From contig PS015205.1 of assembly GCA_048213135.1 (NCBI GenBank), positions 15,509 through 79,508 of the forward strand: 64,000 nucleotides of DNA, in the 5' to 3' direction. Made by a program: the position numbers and the translations under genes. Source of the stretch: Reclinomonas americana ATCC 50394. Taxonomy: Eukaryota. The notes below the pieces were generated by a model. It saw only the letters and a program-made list of their open reading frames with translations. It had not been told where the DNA came from and searched no databases. Position 1 is the first letter of the stretch. Each line of letters opens with the position of its first letter. This document shows, piece after piece, positions 1 through 11,600 of the stretch.

Positions 1-364
1 GGAGAGGAGAGGAGAGGGGGGAGAAGAGGAGAGGAAAGGAGTGGAGTGGGGAGACTTGGAAGAGAATTGAGAGAGAATCGAGGCGAGGAGAGCGAAAACT
101 GGCGGAGACGAAGGAATGCAGGAAAGGAAGGAGAAGACTGGAGAAGAGGATAACAAACGAGACTGCAAAAGGAACCAGGAAGAGGTTGATAATCAGCCAC
201 AGAGAGAGAGAGAGAGAGGTACAGACAATCAAGAGAGACAGACAGCAACTCATCCAGGATGAGAGACAGAGAGAGGGACAACTCGCTGTGATCTCTCTCT
301 CGCGCTCTCTCTCCCTTTCTCCCTCCCTCCCTTTCTCTCTCCTCCCTCCCTTCCTCTCTCTCTG

Positions 365-404
<40 letters not shown>

Positions 405-860
405 TCCACCCCCCTCTCTCTCAATCTCCCTCTCTTCCCTCTCTCTCACCAATGCATTCCCTCTCACTTGTCGCACTGAAGCCGAGCACAACAATGTCCG
501 GCACTCTGCGCGCCACAGTGTTGCGCAGTCGGAAGATCAGTGCACTGGGCACAGTCATGTGCAAGTGCGAGCGAGGGTGTCTGTGTGCAACGTGAGAGTG
601 TGAGAGAGACAACTCGAGTCTCTCTCTCTCTCACTCTCTGCGTAACTTGAGAGAGCCAAAGCGACGGCTGTGCACGTGAGAAGCACCGAGTGTCTCGCGG
701 AGAGTGAGAAGACGCGCGAGGTTCACAGAGTGCACCTCGCGGTGCATTTTGATTGTAAAAGTGACGATGAAGAAGGCGGGAAGCTCGCGAAACCTCGACT
801 AGTCGACTGAGAACTTCAATGATCATACTTTTATTATACATGAAAGGAGCATTTTTCTAT

Positions 861-3800
861 TCACAGCAACACAGCCTCGCTTGCACGTCGTCGACACTCC
901 TCCAACCACTCAACAGCATCTTCCGTATCCGAATCCTCTTCGCCAAGCAACGCTCGTCGACCATCCACACACTCCACCAGCAGTGCCTCTGCTTCAGCCC
1001 ATCGTTGCTGCTTCGTGAGCGCAATACCGAAGCCGAACATCGTCAGCAACGTGTCGTGATGCCTGTCACCCAACACCTCACGTCGTCCCTCCAAGCACTC
1101 ACGGTACAAATCAGCAGCTTCAGCCAAAAATTCTGGTGTGCCTAACTGCCTGAGAGAATGACCAAGATTGTTCATCGACATGAGAGTGCTCGGATGTCGA
1201 TCTCCGAGTGCTGCTCGCCTAAACTGCAAGCAGTCTCTTTCAAGTTGAATCACTTCCTCCACACGACTGTCATCTCGGATGCACAAGGCAACATTGCCCA
1301 TGGACAGAAGCGTGTCATGGTGCGCACCTCCAAGAACCAGTCGTCGCATCTCCCAGCACCGTCGGAACAGTGTCTCACCATCAGCAAAACGACTTCCATT
1401 ATAGTGGTCAAACGCAAGAATATGCAGTGTCGTCAGCGAGTCCGGATGACTCTCACCCAGTGTCGCACACTGTCGCTCATGGCACTGCAGCAGCAGTGGC
1501 CAGTTGTCTGCATAGTAAGAGGAGTACATGAAGCACCTCAATGAGTCGATCCTATCTAGCACAGTCAACCCTCCTCTGTCATCCCTCTTCAACTTCTGGC
1601 ACAAACGCCACGCCTGCTGCCACGCTGCATCGCGTTCATCCCACTGCTTTAGCACGTAAAACAACCACGCACGACACTCTGCCACCACAATGGCAAACCG
1701 TCGTCGCACTTGACTCATCTGTAAACCACGATCACCACGTTGTCCACACTGAGTCATGCGTCGCACAAGTGACGAAGCTACAGCTTCGTCAAATCCGACT
1801 GACGCCAGCTTTTCGCTGCCACAAAGCTCAGCAATCCACTTCACTGCCACACAATACACAAGCAACCCATTGACACCAATCGCATCACTCGCCCACATGC
1901 GGTCATCCTCTCCCAACCGTCGCCACACTGTGTGAAGCACACCTAGTAAGTCGCGCGCCACCAACAGCACACCGTCACTGTCATTCTGAGAATCAATGCC
2001 ATTCAGCACACAACACACAAGTCGCATAATCAATCGCTGCATCCGTGAAACTGCATCGCCACACCGTCCCACAATCCACCCAGCAATCTCGTCGTGCACT
2101 CGATACTCCATCACCACGTTTCTCTCCCTCACTTGCTCACCGCACAACACTCGAGCCACACTGTCCATGCTGCCACTGACACCCACCGTCACCAGATTCG
2201 ACAAACACAAACCCTCCAGCCCTTCATCCTCACCACCATCACCACCAACCAACTCATCACGTCGTGCTCGCACTCTTCGCTCCTCCTCAGCATTCATCTC
2301 GTCAAACTGCAGCTCCTCACCCACAACCTCGGGTGCACGCCGTCGTCTCTCCTTTGCCAGCTCATGCAGTCGCAGTCGACGCACACACTGACCCAACTCC
2401 ACCAGTCGACATGCCGCCTCCTCATCTTCAACCGCTGCAGCTCGCCTTCCGTCACCACGACGCACAGTCGTCGTCGTATCGGGAATCACTCGCAATACAC
2501 CCAGTGCCACTCGTGCCAGTGCCAGCGTCACAGGCAAGCCGAGTTCCTTGCATGCCGTGATCAGCACCAACAGACGACGAGCGGCTGCAGTCTGTGACAT
2601 CACATTGCGCTCGAGCAGCTGCGACAGTGCATCGCCACCAATGCCACTCAGCACCTCCTCCAGTCGCGCTCCCACCAGCTGTGCTGCTGATTGTGACAGC
2701 AACCAGCTGCATGACGAAGAAGAAGAGAGAGAAGAGTGAGTCTTCTCATCCACGAGCCACTCACGCACTCAAAGCACTCACCCAACACAAGCACTCACTC
2801 GCAGTGCACTCTTCTCCTGCTGTCCACCCTCCAGCGCCTCCACAATTCGTCGTCGCACATCCACCGGCACCTTGTGAAGCAGGTGCTCCTCCACCAGCTG
2901 CGCAATGTCCTCGTTCTCCACATTCTCCACTCGCACACACTCCACCTCCGCCTCGTGCATCATCGAGTCGCGAATCTCATCCGCCACTCGACCATATCGA
3001 CTCGTCACCACCACAATCGGTGCCACCATTCCACCTGCACAAAGGCACGCACATGATGCACATCACGTCAGAATCCAACATCCAAGCAAGGATGACGATT
3101 CTCAATATCATGACACACTCACCCTCATCAGCACACTGAACAACACTCCTCACTTGCTCCGCGGATCCCACATTGTCCAGTAGCATTGCTCCATGCGATG
3201 CATGCATCAGCTGTCCCAACAGCCGACGTGCTGGCTCCACCTCGCCATTCGCCAGCAGTGCATCCACCTGACCGGCCATTCTTCGACCCTCAACTTCATC
3301 CCCTCGCATCTGCGCCGTCACAAAGGCACGCAGACACTCGCTAAGAGCACTCTCCGCCTGCAGCATGCGGCAAGGAGAGTGACAGACAGTCAGAATGACA
3401 GCAGAAGAGATGGCACAACATGAAAGACAATATGCACACAGCCTCAGCCCACCGTCACATGCTCCCTCGCATCACCCACATGACCACGCATCTCCACAGA
3501 CACGGCCGATCCCTTCCATCGACGAGTGGCCAGCAACTCGGTCACCAGAAGCTCGGCCAGGAACGACTTGCCAGTGCCACCATCGCCCGTCAGCACCACC
3601 ATGATTGGATGATGTGCTGCGCAAGAATCATCCACCACCAGACAACATGATGAGACAAATGAAAGTGGAAGAAGGAAGGGAGAATGAGAGGAACACCCAA
3701 CTTTCCACAGCATCCACAATGCGCGCGGCGAGTGAGGCTGCCAGTGCACGCCGACTCGGGAAACGGAATGTGGTTACTGGGTTGACGGTGCGGGCGATCA

Positions 3801-5243
3801 GCGGTGTCTTGGGTGGGTGACTGCTGTTCGGTGCTGTGTGGCGCAAGAGAGAGAGAGAGAAAAGTGAGCACAGCGATGCACAATGCAATGCAGGCACATC
3901 ATGGAACTCGCCTGCAGCTGAGAGAGAAGAGGACGAGATGCTCATCGGGTCGTCTCCTTCGTGCACTTCCATTCGCATCTGATTAATCGCATGCAGGTGA
4001 GGAACAGAAAGATATCTGCAAATGACCGCCTCGTCATGCAAACCCACTCAACTTGCTCCATGTGTGCCAGCAGCGAGTCTTGGTCAGCCTGACTCAGCGC
4101 ACCTGCATTCACACACAACCAAGAGAGCATCAGCATCCACATTCAACCAAATCATACAAGCACCAGCCATCTGTCTCCTCCCACTCACCATCACGAGCCT
4201 CGTTCAGCTGCACCACCAGCTCCTCCTCCACATCCCTGCCAATCTGCAGTCGTCGCACAAGCTGGCGCAACTCGCCCTCTCCTCTTCCGTCTCCGTCACC
4301 CAGCAGAGGCACAAAGAGTGCACGAGCTCGTGCAGGACTCGCCTGCTCAAACACCTCCCTCATTCGCTCAATCGCATTGCGCTGTGACAATGATAGAATG
4401 AGAGGCACAATCACACAGAGTGGGATATCACACTCCTCCTCTTCCTCCTTCTCATTCTCGTACACTCACCACATCGCCAGCTGGAATTAGCCGATCCGGC
4501 TCGTCTCTCGGGTTCTCTCGATGACCCGCCAACAGCAAGATCGAGCAGCACAGCATCGCATCAAATGAACTGCAGTCGTGCAGCTGGCCTCGCTGATGCC
4601 ACTCGCGCACCAGCTGGCGCTCCTTCTCGCTCAACTGAACACACATGTCCACTCCGTCTGGCATGGTGCTGCAATGTGGGGAAAGGCACAAAGAAAGAGA
4701 AGATGCCGGTGAGTGAGGGAATGTATGTGACAAGAAAGAGGGCGATTCATCGGGAAAGAATGCGGAGTCGTGTAAGGTGAGACAATGAAGAGTGCGAGAA
4801 TGGAGAGAAAGAGATGACCTGTGCGGCACCATCTGCCACTTGCTTGTGGCTCTTTCTCTTCTCAATCTCATTTACATCTCCATCTACATCTTAGTATTGT
4901 GTGCTCCCATATCCTCCCCCACACACACTCACCGCACATCACGCTCACTCGGCACCTTGCCCCACTCGGCGACGTGATTCACACCGGGATACGAATCGAG
5001 AAACGTCGGAAGCACTTGCTCGAGTTTGGATTGCAGAGCGCGGGTGCACGGACGAGACAGTGCTCTGGCGAGGCGCATCATGCATTCGTCATCACCAGCA
5101 TCGTGATGATGACTGCACGAGGGAGAGGAGAGTGACAGGGAACGAATCACACAATGTGAGAATGATGATGATGATTGCATCTGACAACAACACAATGAGA
5201 GAGAGACACGCAACTCACGCGGCACTCCACTTCCACTCGCCAT
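861..5243 (-). CDS. STAND/NB-ARC-like P-loop NTPase with C-terminal TPR repeats (NLR-like); putative HEPN-like N-terminal domain; multi-exon
   Basis: Spliced model from ATG 5243 (MASGSGVPRD...). It has Walker A VVLTGDGGTGKS (~3560-3600), Walker B AMLLDNV (~3170-3190), sensor-1 VVVTSR (~3000) and kinesin-light-chain-type TPRs (LGxxHPxTLxSMxNL) in the long last exon ending TGA 861. Exon phases are consistent; the exon near 4820-4850 is less certain. Confidence 0.8.
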
Positions 5244-5898
5244 GATAATGTGTCACAAAATCAAGAACAGCAACAGACAGCACACAGACAGATGCACAGG
5301 CTCTCTCTCTCTTTCTGGCACAATAAGAAGCGGAGAAATGCAACAGCTCTCTCTCCTTCTATCTTCTCTCTCGCACACACTGTGGGGAACAACGCTGACA
5401 CACAACAGCAGAGCGCACACAGGCTCACTTCTGCTCACAGCAGCAGCAATCAAGCACAATGTCACACACAATTGTGGGACAAAACTTGCGCATGCTGCCT
5501 CTCACAAGGCAGAACAGCGTGTCGCCTGGGAGTGGATTGCACTTCCACGTGCCATGCCGTGGCTCACGCGCCAGTGAAATCAACTGCAAACAAGATGAGT
5601 CGGCGACGTCGACGTCGAGAGTGATCGTCAACACGGAGTTCTCGGAAAGGAGAAGAGGAACGACGCAGAGTGAGCAGCTTCACTGACCATTCACAACTGC
5701 ACGCCGGCCTCTCTTGCTCGCCTCGGCACTTGGCTAATGCAGCGACAACTTTCACCGTTCGCCGACCAGCTGTGCATCTTTCTCCGTCCACCGTGAGCGT
5801 ACTGTTGCACGTCGTCGTCCGTGGCATTTCTACTATAGGTACCCAGGCCCCTCGCTCTCACCAAGTTCCCAATTGTGCATGTGCATTCTCCAGGTACA

Positions 5899-6393
5899 CT
5901 ACTTCTCCTTCTCCATCACCACCGACGACAACTCCTCCAACGTCACATACTTGAGCACCCCCTCATGCGTCGCCCGGAGATCCACCGGTGGCGCCACTCC
6001 CGCCTCCCACGCCTCCCGCCACCGCAACGCACACAAGCACCACTTATCTCCGGCGCGCAGGCCCGGGAAACGAAAATGCGGCGCCGGCGTCGACAAGTCA
6101 TTGCCGCGGCTCTTCGTAAACTCGAGAAACTCTTGCGTCACTTGCGCGCACACCACGTGGCGTCCACGGTCCATTGGACCGGTTCGGCAAAAGCCGTCGC
6201 GGTAAAAGCCGGTGACGGGTTGCGTGCAGCAGCTTTCCAGGGTGCCACCGAGGACGTTGCGGTCGTCGAGTTGTGGGCAGTCGCAGTTGGCGTTCATGGT
6301 GAGAGGGCAAGGGCAAGTGGGTGAGGAGGAGGCTGTAAGGGAGAGGGAGAGGGAGAGGACGATGAGGAAGAGGTGTGTGGTGATGGCGTGCAT
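5899..6393 (-). CDS. DUF2237 family protein, intronless, with possible N-terminal signal peptide
   Basis: Motifs NVLGGTLESCC..PVTGFYRDGFC, HVVCA..T.EFL.F.KSRGNDLSTP and GL..GDKWCLCA.RW.EA...G.APPV.L.ATH match the DUF2237 family as I recall it. Hydrophobic leader MHAITTHLFLIVLSLSLSLTA; an alternative start lies at ~6297. Confidence 0.85.
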   Translation of the reverse strand: MHAITTHLFLIVLSLSLSLTASSSPTCPCPLTMNANCDCPQLDDRNVLGGTLESCCTQPVTGFYRDGFCRTGPMDRGRHVVCAQVTQEFLEFTKSRGNDLSTPAPHFRFPGLRAGDKWCLCALRWREAWEAGVAPPVDLRATHEGVLKYVTLEELSSVVMEKEK

Positions 6394-6737
6394 GTGCTGT
6401 CTCCGGCGGAGTTTTTCGGCGGAGACAGGACAACGTGCGCCTCACCGTCGGGAAAGCTGGTGGTTGTTGCAATGAGCGTGGTGATCGACAGTGCGAGAGT
6501 GGGATCGCGAAAGAGCGATACGCGAGCGATTTCGAAGCGACACTTCAGTTGGGGTCATCGACGTCGAGGCAATCGGATGACCTGAACTTGGGAGCGGTGA
6601 GCCAATCACGTGACGAATACGTGGCACGATCGCTTGGAAGCGATGTGCAAGCGACGCGAAGCGTCACTTCAATTGTGGCCATTGAAGTCGAAGCGACCTA
6701 CCATTCGTTTACTGTGCATGGGATCCATACTCCTGTA

Positions 6738-7330
6738 CACCACAAAAGCGCGTCTGTCAGAGCACACACACGCGAGGGAGAGCGCACAAAATGCTAACTG
6801 TAAGCTTCCCTCACACACTTCCTCTCTTGTCCCTCTCTCCCTCACTGCCACCACAGAGCGACAACTCCTCCAACTTCTTCAACACACGCGCACAATGCAA
6901 GCACTAATGGACGCACTAATCGCCACACTGCAGCACTTTGAGGTTCAATTGGAGCCATCGCTCGGTCTCCCAGTCACTCTCTGCACTTTCTGCCTCGCAC
7001 ACTCGCTCACTCTCCCTCTTCAAACACCCATCCTCCTGCGCACCACAAAGGCGCGTTTGTCAGAGCACTCTTCCAACAAAACAAGCACGCGCGCGCAAAG
7101 AGAGCGCACAAAATGGTGACATTTACATTCTCACACACTTCCTCTCTCGCTCCTCTCTCCCTCACTGCCACCACAGAGCGACACACTACGCCAACTCCTC
7201 CAACACACGCACACCATGCAAGCGCAAATGGACGCACTGATCACCACACTGCAGCACTTTGACGATCAAGGTCGGGGAGGTTCAATTGGAGCCATCGCTC
7301 GGTCTCCTGGTCACTTTATGCACTTTCTGC
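6738..7330 (+). repeat. Imperfect tandem duplication (~300 bp unit) covering the upstream region and first exon of the following gene
   Basis: caccacaaa(a/g)gcgcgt(c/t)tgtcagagcac occurs at ~6738 and ~7040. atgcaagc...atggacgcact.at..ccacactgcagcactttga occurs at ~6895 and 7216. ggttcaattggagccatcgctcggtctcc occurs at ~6942 and ~7279. Confidence 0.85.
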
Positions 7331-8326
7331 CTCGCACACTCGCTCACTGGCACTCTAGAAACACCTTTCCACTTGTGCACTGTGTCGCTGCACGTGCGTG
7401 TGTGAGTCGCTGCGTGTTTCTCTTGCAATATCATTCTTTGTCAAGTGAGTCTCTCGTGTTCTCTGCTCTTCTCTGCTTGCCTGCACTCACAAGCCTCTGT
7501 CTGTGCCTCAGTGTGTCTCTCCGCCTCCTTCTCTTGCACACTGCTCACTCACAAACTTCACACTTGTCTCTCTCTCTCTCTCTCTCTCAATCTCTCTCTC
7601 TCTCNNNNNNNNNNNNNNNNNNNNCTCTCTTCCCTTCCTCTTTCCCCCTTTGCATGCTCATCTCCCAACACTCTCAACCCTCTGCCTTCGCCACCCTGTG
7701 CCTCTCTGAGTGCTTCTCTTGCAAACGTGCACACTCTCTCAACGCCTTCATCTTTTCTCTCTCCCCCTCTCATCCTCTCTTCCCTTCCTCTTCCCCCTCC
7801 AACACTCTCAACCCTCTGCGTCTCACAGCATGCTTCTCTTGCAAACATGCACACTCTCTCTTGTGAACTTGAACTCTGTCTCTCGTACCTCCCTTCCTTC
7901 CTCACCCTTCCCTCCTTGCCTCTCTACCTGCGCCCATCTTCTCATCTCACTCTTGCCCCTTCTTCTCCTCCTCTGCTCAGAGACCGAGCTCTGCCGCACC
8001 TCTGAGAACACCCTCTCCGAGCTGCAAGACCGCATCCACCGCCTCACTCAACAACTGGTAACACACTCACTCACTCACCCCCTCGCCCCTCTCCACTCAC
8101 TCACATCACCTCCTCCTCGCAGGGCACACACGAGAGCAACGAGCTGGCCGAGACACGCGCAGAGAACAGTCGCCGCGATCGTCGCAGCATTGGCTGTCAA
8201 GTGGACGCGCGTCGTGCGCCTCCGCAGGCCACTGCGCAGCTGATGCAGACGGTGCATGATGAGCTGCTGGATCAGTTGTTGTTGGCGTGTTTGTCGGAGT
8301 CGACGCCGAGCGAGCATTCGACGTAA
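7216..8326 (+). CDS. Small hypothetical coiled-coil protein (3 exons)
   Basis: Exons ~7216-7270, 7981-8057 and 8123-8326 join in phase via GT-AG introns: MQAQMDALITTLQHFDDQ-ETELCRTSENTLSELQDRIHRLTQQL-GTHESNEL...SEHST*. No recognisable family. Confidence 0.5.
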
Positions 8327-8656
8327 AACAACTAAAGAGTGTGAGCACAGAGTGTGTGTTCTCGTCTGAGTCTCGCGCTGTTGCCTGTCTGCGCCTCTCT
8401 TCTCCTTGCCACCTTGTCTTGAGTTGCTCTTCTTCCCGCTCTTGTCTCTGTCTCACTCTTCTGTGTGCTGCCTCTCACAGTCTTGCTTCTCCTTGCCATC
8501 TCCTTCCCTTCTTCTTCTTGTTCTCCTCTCCATTCCTTACCTCTCTTCCTTCTCCTCACTACCTTCTTCCCGTCTTCTCTTCTTCTTGCTCTCCTTCCCG
8601 TGCCTCTCTTCCTTCTCCCTTGGCCTCCTTTTGCCCTCTCTCTCTCTGTTTGCACC

Positions 8657-11600
8657 ATGGGCACCAGCGGATCCAAGTCTCGTCCCTCCTCTGCTGGCGG
8701 GAACGGCAGTATGAGCATCTCGTCTTCGTCGTCTTCTCCGTCGGCATCGATGTCTGCCGCACAGCAGCGTCGGCGACAGAGGAGGCGCAGTGGAGGCACC
8801 TCGTCACAGCGCACTGAACCCTCCGCCTCTTCTCCGTCTTCGGCCGCTGTTGCTGCATTGGCTACTCCATCGGGACGCTCGCTCAGTCGAGTGGAGCTGG
8901 CGCATGAGTTTTGGTATTACTTGGAGGAGCAGGCGGTGGAGCGACTGCGTGCGGAGACGCGTCGGCGAGTTGCGTTGCCTTAATGCCCTCTGCAAGCAAG
9001 GCGATTCCCTCATTTTCGAACACACCGAACGCGCAGTTGGCGCAACCTCTGGACGACTCTGCTCATGTGGATTTGTCGGGCTTGGGTCGCTGCAGTGAGC
9101 AGTACGTGGCGGAGTTGTTGAAGAGCGGGGCCGATGTGCACCACACGGTCGACGAGGCGGTGTCGCTGGATGTGTCATTCAGCGATTTTCGTTCGCTGCG
9201 TGCCGTCGCGCCGCTGCTCACGTCGCAGTTGAAGACGCTGGTCGCGCAGGCGACGCTGATTGACGAGGGCGACGAAGGCGACGATGAGGAGGATGGCTCG
9301 CTGTCGTCGCTGCCGCGTCTGTGTCCGCAGTTGGAGCAGCTGTGTCTCGCCGACAATGAGGACATGCTGGTTCTCCCCGACGCGCTGCGTGGACTCAAGC
9401 AGCTGCAGCTGTGCGTGCCCCCCTCCTCTCTCTCTCACACACACACCGACACACGCATATTCTCTCTCCTATCTGTTTCTCTGTTTTCCTCGTGTTCTCT
9501 GATTACTCTTCCCTGTTCATTCGCTTGTTCCCTTTGTGCTCTGAATCCTCTTTGTCCTCGCTTCTTTCGCTTCTGCTCATCAACGCGGGCCTCTCTTTCT
9601 CGCTTTCTGTCGTCTCTCTTTCTCCCTGTCTCGCGCTCACTTTCCTCTCCCCATCTCTCCGTCCGCTCTGTGTTTCTCATTCCCCTTATCCTTTGTCAGA
9701 TCTTCGCCTCTTTCGTTTCTTGCTCGTCAACGCGAATCCGTCTCTCTTCCTCGCTCTTCCTCTCTTCGCCCTTTCTCTTTCTCCCTCTTTTATCCCTCTC
9801 CGTATCCCTCCCTCGCTCGCGCGCTTCCTCCTCCCCCTTCCGTCTTCCCCCTTCTCTTTCCCCTTCTCTTCCCCCATCTCTCCCCCCATCTCTCCCCCTT
9901 CTCTTCCCCCTTCTCTTCCCCCTTCTCTTCCCATATCTCTTCCCCCTTTGTCTTCCCCCCTTTTCTTCCCTCCTTCTCTTTCCCCTTCTCTTCCCCTTCT
10001 CTTCCCCCTTCTCTTCCCCCATNNNNNNNNNNNNNNNNNNNNNNNNNNNNNNNNNNNNNNNNNNNNNNNNNNNNNNNNNNNNNNNNNNNNNNNNNNNNNN
10101 NNNNNNNNNNNNNNNNNNNNNNNNNNNNNNNNNNNNNNNNNNNNNNNNNNNNNNNNNNNNNNNNNNNNNNNNNNNNNNNNNNNNNNNNNNNNNNNNNNNN
10201 NNNNNNNNNNNNNNNNNNNNNNNNNNNNNNNNNNNNNNNNNNNNNNNNNNNNNNNNNNNNNNNNNNNNNNNNNNNNNNNNNNNNNNNNNNNNNNNNNNNN
10301 NNNNNNNNNNNNNNNNNNNNNNNNNNNNNNNNNNNNNNNNNNNNNNNNNNNNNNNNNNNNNNNNNNNNNNNNNNNNNNNNNNNNNNNNNNNNNNNNNNNN
10401 NNNNNNNNNNNNNNNNNNNNNNNNNNNNNNNNNNNNNNNNNNNNNNNNNNNNNCTCTTCCCCCATCGTTTTCCCCCTTCTCTACCCCTCTCTTTCCCCTC
10501 ACTTGCCCCATCGTCTACCCCTTTCTCTTCCCTCTCTCCTTCCCCTCCTTCCCCTCCTTCCCCTTCCCTTCCCTTTCGCCTCTCCCTCACTCTCCCTCTC
10601 TCTCCCTCCCTCTCCCTCCCGCAGCCTCGACGTCTGCAAATGCGCACTGGAGGAGATGCCCGAGTGGATCGGGGAGCTGTCGTCGCTGCAGACGCTGCTC
10701 GTCTCCTTCAATCGGCTGGCCGGGTCGCTGCCAGAGTCGCTCGGCGAGCTGCGCCAGTTGCAGAAACTCGAGTGCCGCGGCACCGCCAAGCTGTACGAGG
10801 AGACCGGCGGCATCACGTCGATTCCGTCGACGCTCAGCCGCCTGGTGTCGCTGGTGCACTTGGACCTGGCGCACAACAGCATTGTCGGCTCGGTCAACTT
10901 TCTGTGCGACATTCCCAACCTCACCTACCTCGACGTTTCCTTCAACGCCGGCCTGCGCATCGGCTGCGATCGCCCATCGGCCGTCCTCGGTTGCATGGAC
11001 GACAGCATTGTGCGGCGCTTCTCGCCGCACCTGCGCGTGCTCAACTGCTCCAAGACTCTTGTCGCCGACTTGTCGCAGCTGCTGTGCGGATGTCGCGCGC
11101 TGGAGGAGCTGTACGTGCGGCACAATCCCAAGTAAGGCAGTCTCTTATTTGATTACAGAAGTAGTGGATTCTACCATTGACCTCCTCTCTCTCTTCAGAG
11201 TGGCCGACGACTTTTCTGCGCTGGTGGCGGAGCTGTCGGTCAACTGCCCCAAATTGCACACGCTCGACGTTAGCTTTTGCATGCTCGACGAGAGCCAATT
11301 GCGAGAGTTGTCGGCGCTGACCACCCTCGTGTCGCTGAATGTGGCGTGGACGCCGGCACTGACGCCCGACATTCTCTCGCATTTGCGTCGCTCGCTGACG
11401 CATGTGGAGCGGGTGCGGTGTTTGCGGCCGGACCACAAGTCGTACGAGTATAATGCGTTGGAGTGGTGGAGGGCGCCGGAAGGTGGGAGGGGGAAGGGGG
11501 GTGGGGAGGGGGAAGGGAGAGAGAGGAAGAGTAATAGAAGAAGGACCGGAGAGATGGGGAGGATGGGGAAGAAGAGGTTGAGCAATGTGCTCATTTTCCT

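Noticed and set aside
8941-9000. Possible non-canonical (non-GT or non-AG) intron boundaries here and at ~33880-33970
   Set aside because: Phase-consistent GT-AG solutions exist (8969-9000 and ~33907-33969).
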